From the NCBI RefSeq assembly GCF_009914755.1, contig NC_060947.1: DNA of 64,000 bases; one strand, 5' to 3'. The stretch comes from the human T2T-CHM13v2.0 reference genome, Homo sapiens. The notes under the pieces are model-generated. The model made no database searches, was not told the DNA's origin, and saw only the letters and a program-made list of their open reading frames with translations. Position 1 is the first letter of the stretch, and each line of letters starts with the position of its first letter. The position numbers were made by a program, and so were the translations under genes. Below, one piece after another: positions 1-12,809 of this stretch.

Positions 1-503
1 ATCCTGGAGCCTTGATCCAAGGGAGATCGCTGGAGTGGACCTGGGACCTGGGACTGAGGGGGACAGCCTAGCACTAGGACAGCCCTGGACCCTAAGTCCA
101 TAAATATTATTTTGACTCCAGGGATCACTGGTGAGATCCTGAAACCTACATCCACGCGTGTCAGCCTAATGTTGGAATCGACTGGCTTGGGCCTGGAACC
201 TGAGTCCGTGGTAAAGTTGAATGCACACTTCACTCTCTATTCCCCACGGGGAGCTCTCTGGGGGAGAAGATCTCTCTCAGCCCTGCAATGAGACAACTTG
301 TGGAAGAGGTGACTTCAATAGAGTGAAACTGTCCTTCCTATCCTCTTCAATGGGTTTTTTCTCATTTTGGTGTTCTGCCCTATTGCTACAATCTCTTACC
401 TGGAATCCAGAAGATATTGTCATGCATGGATGGCTGCTTATATGGGTGTTTCTGTGAGGGGGCAATGGGTGGAATCTTCTATTCTGCCATCTTGCTGACA
501 TCC
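1..503 (-). mobile_element. L1M-type LINE-1 5' end (5'UTR), running off the window start
   Basis: Reverse complement of 480-503 reads GGATGTCAGCAAGATGGCAGAATA, a typical L1M 5' terminus. Short GC-rich repeated motifs (cctggagcc/cctggaacc) in 1-220. Confidence 0.65.
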
Positions 504-691
504 TGGGTTTTTTAATCTGAGTAGCTCCTCGTATTGCTTTTAAACTTAGTATTTTGAAGTTAGAGAATGCTGTTGATGAGGGCTTACAGAAAAATGGTAA
601 AAATATAAGAAACCAGAGATGTGCAGACAATACTAAAAACATATAACTATCTCCTATGTCACATTAAAGTATATGTTATGGAGAATAATGA

Positions 692-1029
<338 letters not shown>

Positions 1030-1049
1030 AGTATTGTGTTATTTTATGT

Positions 1050-1530
1050 TGAATGAGAAAGAAGTCGTCAGTTATAAGACAATTTTTAACAGAGGACTAA
1101 TAAAGTTAGGGAGAAATAGGTGAGGAAAATGTTCCCCTGGAAGGGGATATATGAAACGCAAAAGCTCTGGAGCTGAGGATTGGCTGATGTGTTCTCAACA
1201 CAGCAATAAGGCCACTGTTGCTGGGGTTCACCATAGCTGCAGCAGACTAAGTAAGGAGGAAAGAAGTAGATAATGCGCCAGACATAAGGGATGAGAAGAT
1301 GGATTTTGTGAGGTCTTGCACACTATTTTATATATTTTGATCCTTATTCATGAGGTACCATTAGAGAATATTTGAGGAGAGTTGGGACAATCTGTTCTAC
1401 CAGGTTCACTCTGGGTGCAGAGTTGATTATAGAATGTAGTGGCAAGGGCAATCATTTAGGTATCCAGTTAGGAGCCTATTGCAGTAATCACAGCAACAGA
1501 TTATAATACCTTGAACCAAGGTAGTGATTA
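1050..1530 (-). mobile_element. L2 fragment
   Basis: Degenerate L2 motifs (ccagttaggagcctattgcagtaatc, ttgaaccaaggtagtg). Confidence 0.6.
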
Positions 1531-1843
1531 AGTTGTGTTGTTTTTTAAGATACTCAGTCTTTGTGTCTGGTGTGAGTGAGTGGGTAGGTTTATAAGTAAA
1601 TTCAGTCTTGCAATGTAGACTAAAAGTCCTAACATCAAAATATTTAGATAAATAAGAATACCTTAGGTCAGTCTCTCAAAAGGAAACAGAAGACACATCC
1701 AAATAAGGGTAATGTGAAGAGTGCTGGTTTACAAAGGGATTATTGACAAAAGCATAGGCAGAAATAAGCTTCAACCCAGAGAGAAAGGGAACACTTTGAT
1801 GTAGCCCATTCATGGCAAAATTTTAGTAGGAAAAGCTTAACGG

Positions 1844-2169
<326 letters not shown>

Positions 2170-2594
2170 TTAATGGAGAAGGGTTGAGAGTGGATATACA
2201 GGCAAATAGAAAATATCCAGATCAAGAAAAACAAAAACACAACACCTGCCCACAAATTACTGAATTATAAAGTACCAACCATAAAAGGGCCCTCAGAAAA
2301 CAATTTATTATAACTTATTTAACTATTGCTTGAGTGATTATTTAAGATTTTTCAATCATTTCCCATGTGTTAAGTTTTTCTATAATATCAAAATGCAAGT
2401 CCATGGTGCAGTATCTGACACACAAGAACAATAAATGTATTAAATAAATTAACCTATGCCTTATATATGTATATGAGATTCATAAATTTTATATAAACTC
2501 CCTTTTGTTACACATAAAATTTCAATGATGCTAGTATATAGCACATGACTTTTGTATTAGGGTGAGTGGATATTTAAATTCTATACTTTTATAA

Positions 2595-3120
2595 TGTTAG
2601 TCTCATGTTTGGGTTCCCTTAAAATCAGAGCCTAGGACATAAATTTTACAACAAGAATTTTATTTGAAGAGTGATCCTAAAAAACAGGAGAGAAAGCAAG
2701 AGACAGATAAAAAAGTGAAGCTAATATAAACATGCATTATTGGGTTCGCTACTGAGGGTTTAATTTAGATGAGGTCACTGAGAAGGCTAAAGAACACCAC
2801 CCAGAATTACCACCTGGAAAATAGAAGGCTACATCCCATCCTCCCATAGGCTACAGAATTTTACATCCCATCCTCCTTTGGTTAAAGGCTGTTCTGAGGG
2901 TCATTAACATACTCCCAAACATACCCACAAATCTGCATTCTCTAGTGTGCTTTCAAAATAAGTTTCCTGGAAGAGGAGGCCCTAGGTCAGAATGAAAAAA
3001 TATATACTTTTGTTTAATTCACTTGAATCCAAATGCTACAAGCTGCAAGGGAAGTTGGAACTGTCCACCAGGGCTGTGACTGAAATAAGGCACAGCCTAG
3101 GGCATGTGGCATGAACACTA
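2595..3120 (-). mobile_element. Old ERVL-type LTR (LTR16/LTR33-like)
   Basis: tgggttccct...cagagcctag...tttatttgaagagtgatcct resembles LTR16-family termini; highly diverged. Confidence 0.45.
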
Positions 3121-3876
3121 TGGATAAACTAGAAGCTAAACAATTTGAGCCATATTTTACGAGTAAAATACATCATCTACATTCTATGGAATCCCTGTAT
3201 TTTCCTTATTTTGACAAATGTTCCTCTTACATTCAAATATAAACATGATTGAATCTCTGAAGAAATTGTAATTTTAATAAAGAGATTATCCTCTTAGAAA
3301 AATAATGACACTTTGGAACTCAATTCAAAAGATCACAATATATGCACTGATATTGCTCATCAAATGGTAAGGCAAGGTGACAACATGTCTGTTCATTTAT
3401 TTTAGAATAGTAATAATAATTTTAAATTTAATTTATTTACATAAGAATATGTTATTTTTAATTTAAGAGTGAATTATTATTCACTTTGATAAATCAGCCT
3501 TATAAGTCTTAAACAAAAGTGAAATAGGGCATTCTAAAAGTATATTATTGAGAAAAACACTGACATTCAATGTGGACTTTAATTACAAATGTAAAATTCA
3601 CTGACGCACAAGCTAATATCATCTGTCTTACTTGTTTTCTAATGTAGAGATAGGAGCATGGAAAGTTAATGTCACTTTTTTAACAAAGCAGGCAAAATCT
3701 TCTGCCTTTTAAGGTCAAAATTAGCTCCCCTGAGCTCCTTTGATGAAAACTTCTAGGAGACACTGAGTGACTTTATCTGACTTTCAAAAGAAAGTCTTGC
3801 AAAGGCATAATTCTAATTTGTATGGTTAATATGAGGGTCAATACTTGAATATCTCGAAAATCTAAATGGCTACATG

Positions 3877-4343
3877 AGTGAAAGAAAAACAAATCTTGCG
3901 GCCCCCAAATCACTGAGCTAAAGGGAAAAGTCAAGCTGAGAACTGCGCAGGGCAAGCCTGCCTCCCACTCTATTCAGTCATCCCTCTGCTCAATGAGATA
4001 AATGCATATCTGATTGCCTCCTATGGAGAGGCTAATCGGAAACTCAGAAGAATACAACCATTTGTCTCTTATCTACCTATGACCTGGAAGACCCCTCCCT
4101 GATTCGAGTTGTTGCGCATTTGCTTCCAGTTGTCCCACCTTGCTGTACCAAATCAATGTTTATCTTACATATGTTGTTTTTTCATGTGTCCCGAAAATGT
4201 ATAAAACCGAACTGTGCTCTGACCACCTAAGGCACATTTCATCAGGACCTCCTGAGGCCCTATATCATGCACACATCCTAAACCTTGGCAAAATACAATT
4301 TCTAAATTAAATTGAGACCTGTCTCAGATATTCGGGGTTCACA
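3877..4343 (+). mobile_element. MER4A/MER4A1 solo LTR (ERV1)
   Basis: (a)gtgaaagaaaaacaaatcttg...gagacctgtctcagatattcggggttcaca. 4-bp TSD CATG at 3873-3876 and 4344-4347. Confidence 0.85.
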
Positions 4344-5399
4344 CATGTTAACATTTTTAACAGAATGTTTTGAAGTTTGTGAGAAAAAAGTTTCCAGGGA
4401 TAAAAACATATAAGGAAGTCTTTCATTCCCTTAAATGGAGAAAAATGTGACAGACCTCTCATTTCCTGCTGAAATAATAATAATTTAAAATCACTAAATA
4501 ATCCATTTTTACTCTAAAGCCATTGGAAAGCTAGGACACAAATACATATAAATTAGGTAAACTCCAGAGGATTGGCCCCTCCCTAAGTGATCAAAGGAAA
4601 GAGTGTTTTTGCATGCCTTTGGGATAATTGCCACATGGGGGCCAGACAGGCAGAGGGAAAAATCTGCCAGAGATGAGCAGTAATAGCCAGGAAGAGAAGA
4701 AACCAGTCAAATATCTGATTAACCTATAGCCTGAAATGTGGGGTTTTAATGTGGAGGAAACTGAAATGCAAAGACGATCATTTGCAACAAGTAGTTCTGA
4801 TAATTTTTCAGTTTCAAGATCTAGGAAAAATGAGATGCCCCAGGTCTGAAGCGTAGAGTCTTTAATTATGTACTTGCAGGGCCCAACTAGGGGGAAAATC
4901 GTGACCTCACTTTCGTAGAACAGGAAGCGAGAGACGAACTATGTTTAACCAAAGAAACCACTACATTTACACTTAATTTAATTTCTGATATAATGAAATA
5001 TATCAGCTCTGTGGTGACATGGAAAGTCTGGGTTTTAGCTCTGAAACAAAAGGGATAGGCTCAGACTTACAGTACTTTAACATTCAAGCACTTTCTAAAA
5101 AGATTAAGGTGGCAAACCTGCCCCACTCAACTCCTGATTGGCTCAATCTGATCAGCTGCTTCCTCTAGTTGTCTAAAAGTAGATGGGACACGCATGATTA
5201 AGCAAAAAAAATATGCAAATGTATGTAAGTGTGTTTGTATATTGAATACATGATACAAGTAGCAAATAGTGTGTATTTAATAATATATATAATGTGTACT
5301 ATATAACATATAATGCTTATTGTCTGATATACATTAAAATAATATTTATATAATATCCAACATACAACACTATACGCATATTATTTGATCCTCTAATCT

Positions 5400-6010
5400 T
5401 TTTAGAAAAAAATAAGTGAAACACAATTCAAAAGTTACAAAATGTGAAAATATAAAATGAGACCTGTAGTAAAGAGAAAATGCAGCCAATAGAAACAGAC
5501 CCAGTGATTATTCATACACTACAATTATCAGACAAATGTTTTCAAATGATTATGAAAATTATGTAGAAAATATGCATTTAAAAGTATATAAAGAGAAAGA
5601 GAATGGGGAAAATCAGGACAGGTCTTGAATATGGCATAAAAATTGAGTGGAAATCCTTGAACATATATAATCAGTATGTCAAATTTTAAAAAATCACTGG
5701 ATGTGAGATTGACTTCCAGAATGGTGGAGTGAGGACCGTGGTGAACTCCAACCTTCACACACTCACACAAAATAAAATGCTGGCAAAGCAACTAAAATCA
5801 GTGATTCTTAAGTGCCCAAAATTAACCAAAGCCACAGAACAAACTGAAAAAAATCTGTCCAAGAGAAAACTACTGATCCTCTGTAAGACTGGAGTGTATG
5901 ACATTTCATCATGAGACTACTGCTATCTCTTTGTTCTCCTACCTCTCCATCTCATTTATGAGGTAGCCATGAAAAGCCAGAAGTAGAAGAAAGTCACAGA
6001 GATACATACT
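5400..6010 (+). mobile_element. Old L1M ORF1 and 5' end fragments
   Basis: A-rich ORF1-like sequence, then a gacttccagaatggtggagtgagg L1M-type 5' start at about 5711. Confidence 0.45.
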
Positions 6011-6018
6011 TAGACACA

Positions 6019-6368
6019 TGTATTAGTCTGTTCGCATGCTGCTAATAAAAACATACCCAGGACCAGGTAATTCATAAGGAAAGAGGTTTAATGGACTCAC
6101 AGTTCTACATGGCTGGGGAAGCCCCACAGTCATGGTGGAAGATGAATGAGGAGCAAAGTCACGTCTTACATGGAGGCAGGCAAGATATCTTGTGTAGGGG
6201 ATCTCCCCTTTATAAAACTCATGAGACGTATTCACTACCACAAGAACAGCACGGGAAAGACCTGCCCCCATGATTCAATTACCTCCCACCAGGCCCTTCC
6301 CATGACACAAGGGAATTATGGGATCTACAATTCAAGATGAGATTTGAGGACACAGCCAAACCATATCA
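6019..6368 (-). mobile_element. THE1 (THE1C/D-like) solo LTR
   Basis: tgtattagtc...cagccaaaccatatca. Perfect 5-bp TSD ACACA at 6014-6018 and 6369-6373. Confidence 0.92.
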
Positions 6369-6399
6369 ACACATAAAAATCAAATCCATGAAAGTCAAA

Positions 6400-7510
6400 A
6401 GGCAGAACAAGGTGGTCAAATAGATGCCTTCACCAATCAACCTCCCTGTAGGAACACCAAATTTAACAACTATCTACAGGAGAAATCACCTTTATTAGAA
6501 CTAAAACTTAGGGGAATTACCACAGTGCCTGGTTGTAACTTTATGTCACCGAAAAATAAACTGAGTAGGGTAGGAAAGAAAGTCTTAAATTGCCAAAGAC
6601 ATCTTACCCCCATCCCATGGCAGTGGCCACGTGGAGTAGAGAAGCAAATTTGTGTACTTGGGAGAGGGAGAGTGCAACAATTGTGGGATTTTCCATTGGG
6701 ACTTAGTGCTGCCATGTCATAGTGAAAGACAATATGCTCCGCTGGCACCCACAGAGGGAGCATTTAGACTAGCCCTAGTCAGAGGGGAATTGCCCATCCC
6801 AGCAGTCAGAACTGAGTTTTGGCAAGCCCTGCCACTGAGGGCTAAATTGCTCTGGAGTTCTAATAAATTTGAAAGGCAGTCAAGGCCACAAGAACTGCAA
6901 ATCCTAGGCAAGTCCTGACACTCTGCTGGACATGGAGCCAGTGGACTTGGGGGGTATGTGACCTAGTGAGACACCAGATGGGGTGACCAAGGAATTACTT
7001 GCAGCACCCCTCCTCCAACCCCAGGAAGCACAGCTCACAGCTCTGAAAGAGACCTCTTCCTTCTGCTTGAGGAGAGGAGAGGGAAGAGTAAAGAGGATTT
7101 TATCTTGCATCTTGGATACCAGCTCAGCCACAGTAGTATAGGGCACTGGGCAGAATCATGAGATCCCTATTTGAGACTCTAGCTTCCTGGCAACATTTCT
7201 AGACACACCTTGTGCCAGAAGGAAACCTGCTGCCTTGAAGGGAAGGAATGAGTCCTGGCAGAATTTGTTACCTGCTAACTGAAGAGCCTTTGGGACCTGA
7301 ATAATCAGCAGCAGTAACCAGGTAGCGCATGCTATGGGCCTTGGGTGACACTGTGAGATGTGCTAGCTTCAGGTGTGACCCAGCGAATTCATAGCTGTAG
7401 TGGCTATAAGGAAGGACTTCTGCTTGAGAAAAGTAGAGGGAAGAGTAAAGGTGACTAAGTCTCGCAGTTTAAGGACCAGCTCAGCCACAGTGGGGTAGAG
7501 CACCAAGCAG
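6400..7510 (+). mobile_element. L1MA1/2-type 5'UTR
   Basis: caaggtggtcaaatag start. Internal repeated unit cttctgcttgag...accagctcagccacagt at about 7060-7150 and 7417-7510. Confidence 0.7.
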
Positions 7511-9148
7511 TGTTATTCTATGTTCACACTGCTATAATGAAATACTTGAGACTGGGTAATTTATTTTAAAAAAAGTTTTAATTACCTCACAGTTTTCACA
7601 TACTGGCATCTGCTCAGCTTCTGGGGAGGCCTCAGGAAACTTTCAGTCATGGCAAAAGGTGAAGGGGAAGCAGGGACATCTTAAGTGCCTGGGGAGGTGC
7701 AAGAGAGAAGGTGGGGAGGTGCTACACACTTTTAAATGACCAGATCTCATGAAAACTCACTCATTATCACGACCAAGGGTGAGGGTAGTAAACCATTCAT
7801 GAGAAACTTCCCCCATGATCCAATCACTTCCCACCAGGACCCACTTTCAACACTGGAGATTACAACTGAACAGGAGATTTCAGTGGGGACACAGATCCAA
7901 ACCATATCATTCCACCTCAGCCCCTCCAAAATATCATGTTCTTTATGCATTTCAAAATGCGATCATGCCTTCCCAGCTGTCCCCCAAAGTCTTTACTTAT
8001 TCTAACATTAACTCAGAAGTCAAAAGTCCAAAGTGTCATCTGAGACAAGGCTCATCCATTCTGCCTATGAACCTGTGAAGTCAAAAACAAGTTAGTTACT
8101 CCTAAGATCCAATGATGATATAGGGATTAGGTAAAAACTCCCATTCCAAAAGGGATAAATTAGCCAAAAGGAAGGGCCTACAGGGCCCATGCAGTCTGAA
8201 ACCCAGCAATGCAATCATTAAACCTTACAGCTCCAAAATAATCTTTTTTGACTCCATGTCTCAAATCTAGAGCTCCTTGCATGTCTCACATGCAAGGGGT
8301 GGGATCCCAAGACTTTGGGCAGCTCCACTCTTGTGGCTTTGCATGGGTCAGTCCCTGTGGCTGCTCTCAAGGGTGGTCGATAAGTGCCTGTGCCTTTTGC
8401 AAGTGAACAGCACAAGCTGTCAGTGGATTTATTATTCTGGGGTCTGGAGGACAGTGGCTGTCTTCTCACAGCTCCACTAGGCAGTGCCCAAGTGGAGACT
8501 CTGTGGAGGCTCCAACTCCACATTTCCCCTCCACGCTGTCCTAGTAGAGGTCCTCCATGAGGGCTCCACACATTCAGTAGACTTCTGCCAGACAGTCAGA
8601 CTTTTCCATACAGCCTCTGAAATCTAGGTGGAGGCTCACAAGCCTCAACTCTTGCACTCTGTGAATCGGAAGGCTTAACATCACATGGAAGCTGCCAAGA
8701 CTTAGAGCTTGCATCCTCTGAAGAGGTGCTCTGAGCTGTACCTGGGTCCCTTTGAGCTATGGCTGGGGCTGAAGCAGCTGAGACACATGAATCAGTGTCC
8801 TAGGCTGCACAGGGCATCAGGGTCCTGGGTCAGGTCCACAGCTATTTTTCCCTCTTAGTCCATCATGCCTTTCTCCCCATTGTCTTGGCTATCAGCATTT
8901 TTCTTTCTTTTACGTATGAAAATTTCTGCAGCCTGCTTGAATTCCTCTTCTGAAAATGGGCTTTTTTTTTCTACCACATGTCCAGGTTGCAATTTTTTTT
9001 AATTATTATGCTTTGCTTCTTTAAATATAAGTTCCAGTTTCCGGTCATTTCTTTGCTCACACGTATGAGCATAGGCTGTTAGAGGCATCCTGGCCACTCT
9101 TGAACACTTTGCTGCTTCACAGTTTCTTTCCCCAGATAAACGAAGTCA
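7511..9148 (-). mobile_element. MSTA LTR (7511-7909) plus MST-internal sequence (7910-~9148); second LTR missing
   Basis: LTR ends gggacacagatccaaaccatatca and is followed by classic MaLR internal sequence that stops abruptly. Confidence 0.85.
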
Positions 9149-9188
9149 TGTGAAAGTATAGTTATGGAAGTATAGAGGAAATGAATAA

Positions 9189-9567
9189 AGAAAATGAGGT
9201 ACATAAACATTATGGAATACTATGCAGCCATAAAAATGAATGAGATCATATTCTTTCCAAGAACATGGTTGGAGTTGGAGGACATTATACTTAGCAAACT
9301 AATTCAGGAACAGAAAACCAAATACCGCATGGTCCCACATGTAAGTGGGATCTAAATGATGAGAACACACAGACACACAGAGAGAAGCAACACACACTGG
9401 AGTCTATTGGAGGATGGAGGGTAGAAGGAGGGAGAGGATCAGGAAAAATAACCGATGAATACTTTGTGATGAAATAATCTGTCCAACAAACCCCTCATGA
9501 CACAAGTTTACCTATGTAACAACCCTGCGCATGTACCCCCAAACATAAAGTAAAAGTTACAAAAAGA
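9189..9567 (+). mobile_element. L1PA13-16-type 3' end inserted in an L1MA 3' end
   Basis: tatggaatactatgcagcc...ggagggagaggatcaggaaaaataac...catgtacccc. Candidate TSD aaatgaataa at 9179-9188 and 9568-9577. Confidence 0.75.
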
Positions 9568-9577
9568 AAATGAATAA

Positions 9578-9822
9578 GGCCTTTTATTTGATGGCACAAC
9601 AGTGTGACTACAGTCAAAAAATTATTTGTACATTTTGCAATATAAAATAGCATAATTGGATTACTTGTAATAGAAATGATAAATGCTTAAGGGTATGGAT
9701 ACCCCATTTTCCATGATGTGATTATTGCTTATTGCATGCCTGTATCAAAGTTTCTCATGTACCCCATAGATATTTATACCTAACATGTACCCATGAAAAT
9801 TTAAAAAATAACAATAAAGAAA
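9578..9822 (+). mobile_element. L1MA1/2 3' end
   Basis: gatggcacaacagtgtgactacagtca...ggataccccattttccatgatgtg...catgtaccc followed by an A tail. Confidence 0.8.
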
Positions 9823-9929
9823 AAGGTAGATAAGTGTGCTTTATTTATTTAAGAAGGGGAATACTGTATAATAGCAAAAATGAACTAACCAGAGTTGCAT
9901 GTAACAACATATATAGCAATCTTTACAAA

Positions 9930-10085
9930 CATTACATAACCCTTACAATACTTTTATGATTTAGATATTACGTTCTTCCAGATGAGTGAAGTCAAGCTTA
10001 AAGGCTAACTTGGCCCAGAGATATAACCTGGAGCCAAGACTTGAATCCAGATTTACATGAATTCCATGTTCATATACTTTGTATG
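9930..10085 (-). mobile_element. MIR fragment
   Basis: cagatgagtgaagtcaagc...ggagccaagacttgaatccag MIR core. Confidence 0.55.
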
Positions 10086-11039
10086 ACTCTGGAAGACTTT
10101 CAGGACTTTTCCTCAGTCAAGATGGACCAGATGAAATAATAAAACGTTTTAGCTTCCTACTAGTCCTCAGTTCCATTTTGTCACTGAAGGGTCTATTCAG
10201 TTCTGAAGATATAGCATGTCTAAAATGGAGGACATATTTCTAGTTTTTCATATACAAAATAAACATCAATATTTTTCTGCAGTTGAGTCTATTTTTAATT
10301 ATACTGATACAAAAAGATGCATAATTTGCTCATCTATGTATATAGATACTAAGAATTATATTCTTTTTATAATCTCATCCCTAGTTTGACACAGCAGTTC
10401 CAGAGAGTATTGATGAAAGTTTGCTCCAACGAGCAGTTACAGCAATATCATCAGTACATTGTATGATTTTCTGATTGATCTTTTTTCTAAAGTACTATAT
10501 GTAGTTATTGAATACAAAACAGTAATATTTTCTGTTTAAAGATGCCCCATAATTAAATGTGAATTAAATTTTGCCTTGAGTGTCTACAGTGCACAGATTC
10601 AGCTGCATGACAATACCAATACTGATAAATTATTGATTGGTTGTCTTACCAAGAAACCTCCTCTATTCTACCAGCTAATAGTTGACTTTCCTGAATTTCC
10701 TTCTTGCTTGTCTAAAATATTTACACATACAAACTTGTTAAAATCCTAAAGAAATTAAAAATCAGGAAATAATTATATGTTTAAAATGATGATATCATCT
10801 ACATAGAAAATAAATGCCTTTAAAATACTGGAAATAGACATGTGAAATTCCCATTAGTGGTTGAAAAAAATAAACTTTATTGTTTACGGAAACTTAAATT
10901 TAGAGCTAGTATTTTCACTCCATAATGAAGTAACTGGCAATGACCTAGTTTTTCTATCATAAATGGCTATAACACTGCACGAGCTATAGAAGACAACTGT
11001 TATCAACTGTTGCACAATAAGCAGCATATGATTGTGATC

Positions 11040-12660
11040 CCTGATAAGAGAAAAATTAGGTGACCCAAATATCCTCCCAGACATTCAGCCTGAGTAAATT
11101 TTTTTGGACTGTAACAAAGGGAGGGGAATCTAGAACACCATATGGAGAATGAAGTGAACTGGAGATGCAGAGGTTAAATCCAATTCTACTAAGCTGGTTG
11201 ATATCATGATACAAGGTACTAGAGCAAAGGGAGCTGTGCAGGAAAGGAGATCCAGAAATATGCTTTAGGGGTCTTCTCAATTGTTTGGCTGAGTACTATC
11301 TCTGTTGCACATGCGTGTGGGTGAGATTCCACATGGTTGAGCAAAACACTCCTGGGGTACATCCAGGAAAATCATTTACTTGGAAGTTGTGAACTGAGTA
11401 TCTACAAATGCTCACATAATTTAAACCTGTTAAATTTAAGTGGTAAATCTTATTAAACACCCTGGATATACAGTATATACTCCAGAAAGACTAGACTCTG
11501 AGGAGCAGAACTAATGAAGCATTAGAGCAAAGGGTACTTAAAACCCACCCTAATAAAGCCTATAGCCAAAGACAAACAAAACAGAGCCGCGTGTAAATTA
11601 ACTGTCTGCCAGAACAACAGATAAACAAATAGTATACTATGCTACAGGAGACAAGAAAATCCAATCAACAATATAGATTTCATAATGCCCAGTACATGAC
11701 CAAAATTTTTAGATATATGTTAAAGCAGGACAAATGTGTCCCATAGCCAGCACAAAGATAATACAAACAGAATGAAAAAATGACAAATTATGAAATTTGT
11801 ACACAAGATATTAAAACAACTATTACAAACATAGTCAAAGTTTTAAAGATAAACCACTAAGACAATGAGGGAATCTCAATTCATACAAAGAAAATATAAA
11901 AAAACTAATTAAACAGAAATTTCAGAAATGAAAACAGAATACCAAAAATTAAAAATTCATTAATGACTTTCATAAGATTAGAAATGCAGAAGAAAAATCT
12001 AATTATGAATACAAGGCAGTAAAAGTTATTCAAACTGAGGCACAAACATTAAAGCTGTAAAGCCAAAAGAGACTCAGTGAATAGTGTGAAAGTATCAGGT
12101 AGTCTATATATGTGTTATTGATATGCCAGTGGGAGAGAAATGAGGTATAGTGGCAGAGAAAAACATTTCAAGAAATAAAGTTATAAATGTTTCAATGTTG
12201 ATGACAAAAATATGAACCCATATCCGGGAAGATCAAGAAATCTAACCCAAGCAGGATAAATTAAAAATAAAACTACACCAGGACACATAACAATCAAATT
12301 GCTGAAAATCAATAATAGAAATCAAAATAATTAAAGAAACCAAAGAAAAAAGATGCATTATATAGAGAAAAACAACCTTAATAACTATAGCTGAGTGTTC
12401 ATCAGAAACAATGCAAACCAGAAGACTATGGAATAAAATATTTAAATGTTTTAATTATATCTCTACCAAAAATATCCTTACAAGTGAAGATGAAATTAAT
12501 GTATATTCAGGAAAATAAAGCAGAGAAAATCTAGGCCCAACAGACTTGCAAGAGATAAAAAGTTGAAGGGAGCTCTTTAAGCCAAAGAATATTACATTAG
12601 ATGGAAAATTTCAATCAAAAGTGAAAAGATTCAGAAATTGGAAATATACGGGTAAATGTC
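11040..12660 (+). mobile_element. Old L1M (MC/MD/ME) 5'UTR-ORF1 remnant
   Basis: ORF1-like motifs (cccaagcaggataaat...cacataacaatcaaattgctgaaaatc; catcagaaacaatgcaaaccagaagac). Confidence 0.65.
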
Positions 12661-12684
12661 TTTTTGTCCCATTCTTTTTTTTCC

Positions 12685-12780
12685 ATTTTAATAATATAAT
12701 TTATTTAACCCAATATATCCATAATATTGCCATTTCAGCATGTAATTAATATAAAAATCATCAGTGAGATATTTAATTTT
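12685..12780. mobile_element. MER3/MER33-like hAT-Charlie fragment
   Basis: tttatttaacccaatatatcc...tttcagcatgtaattaatataaaaat...tgagatattt. Confidence 0.55.
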
Positions 12781-12809
12781 AAAAATTTCTTTAAAATACA
12801 ATTGAATAC

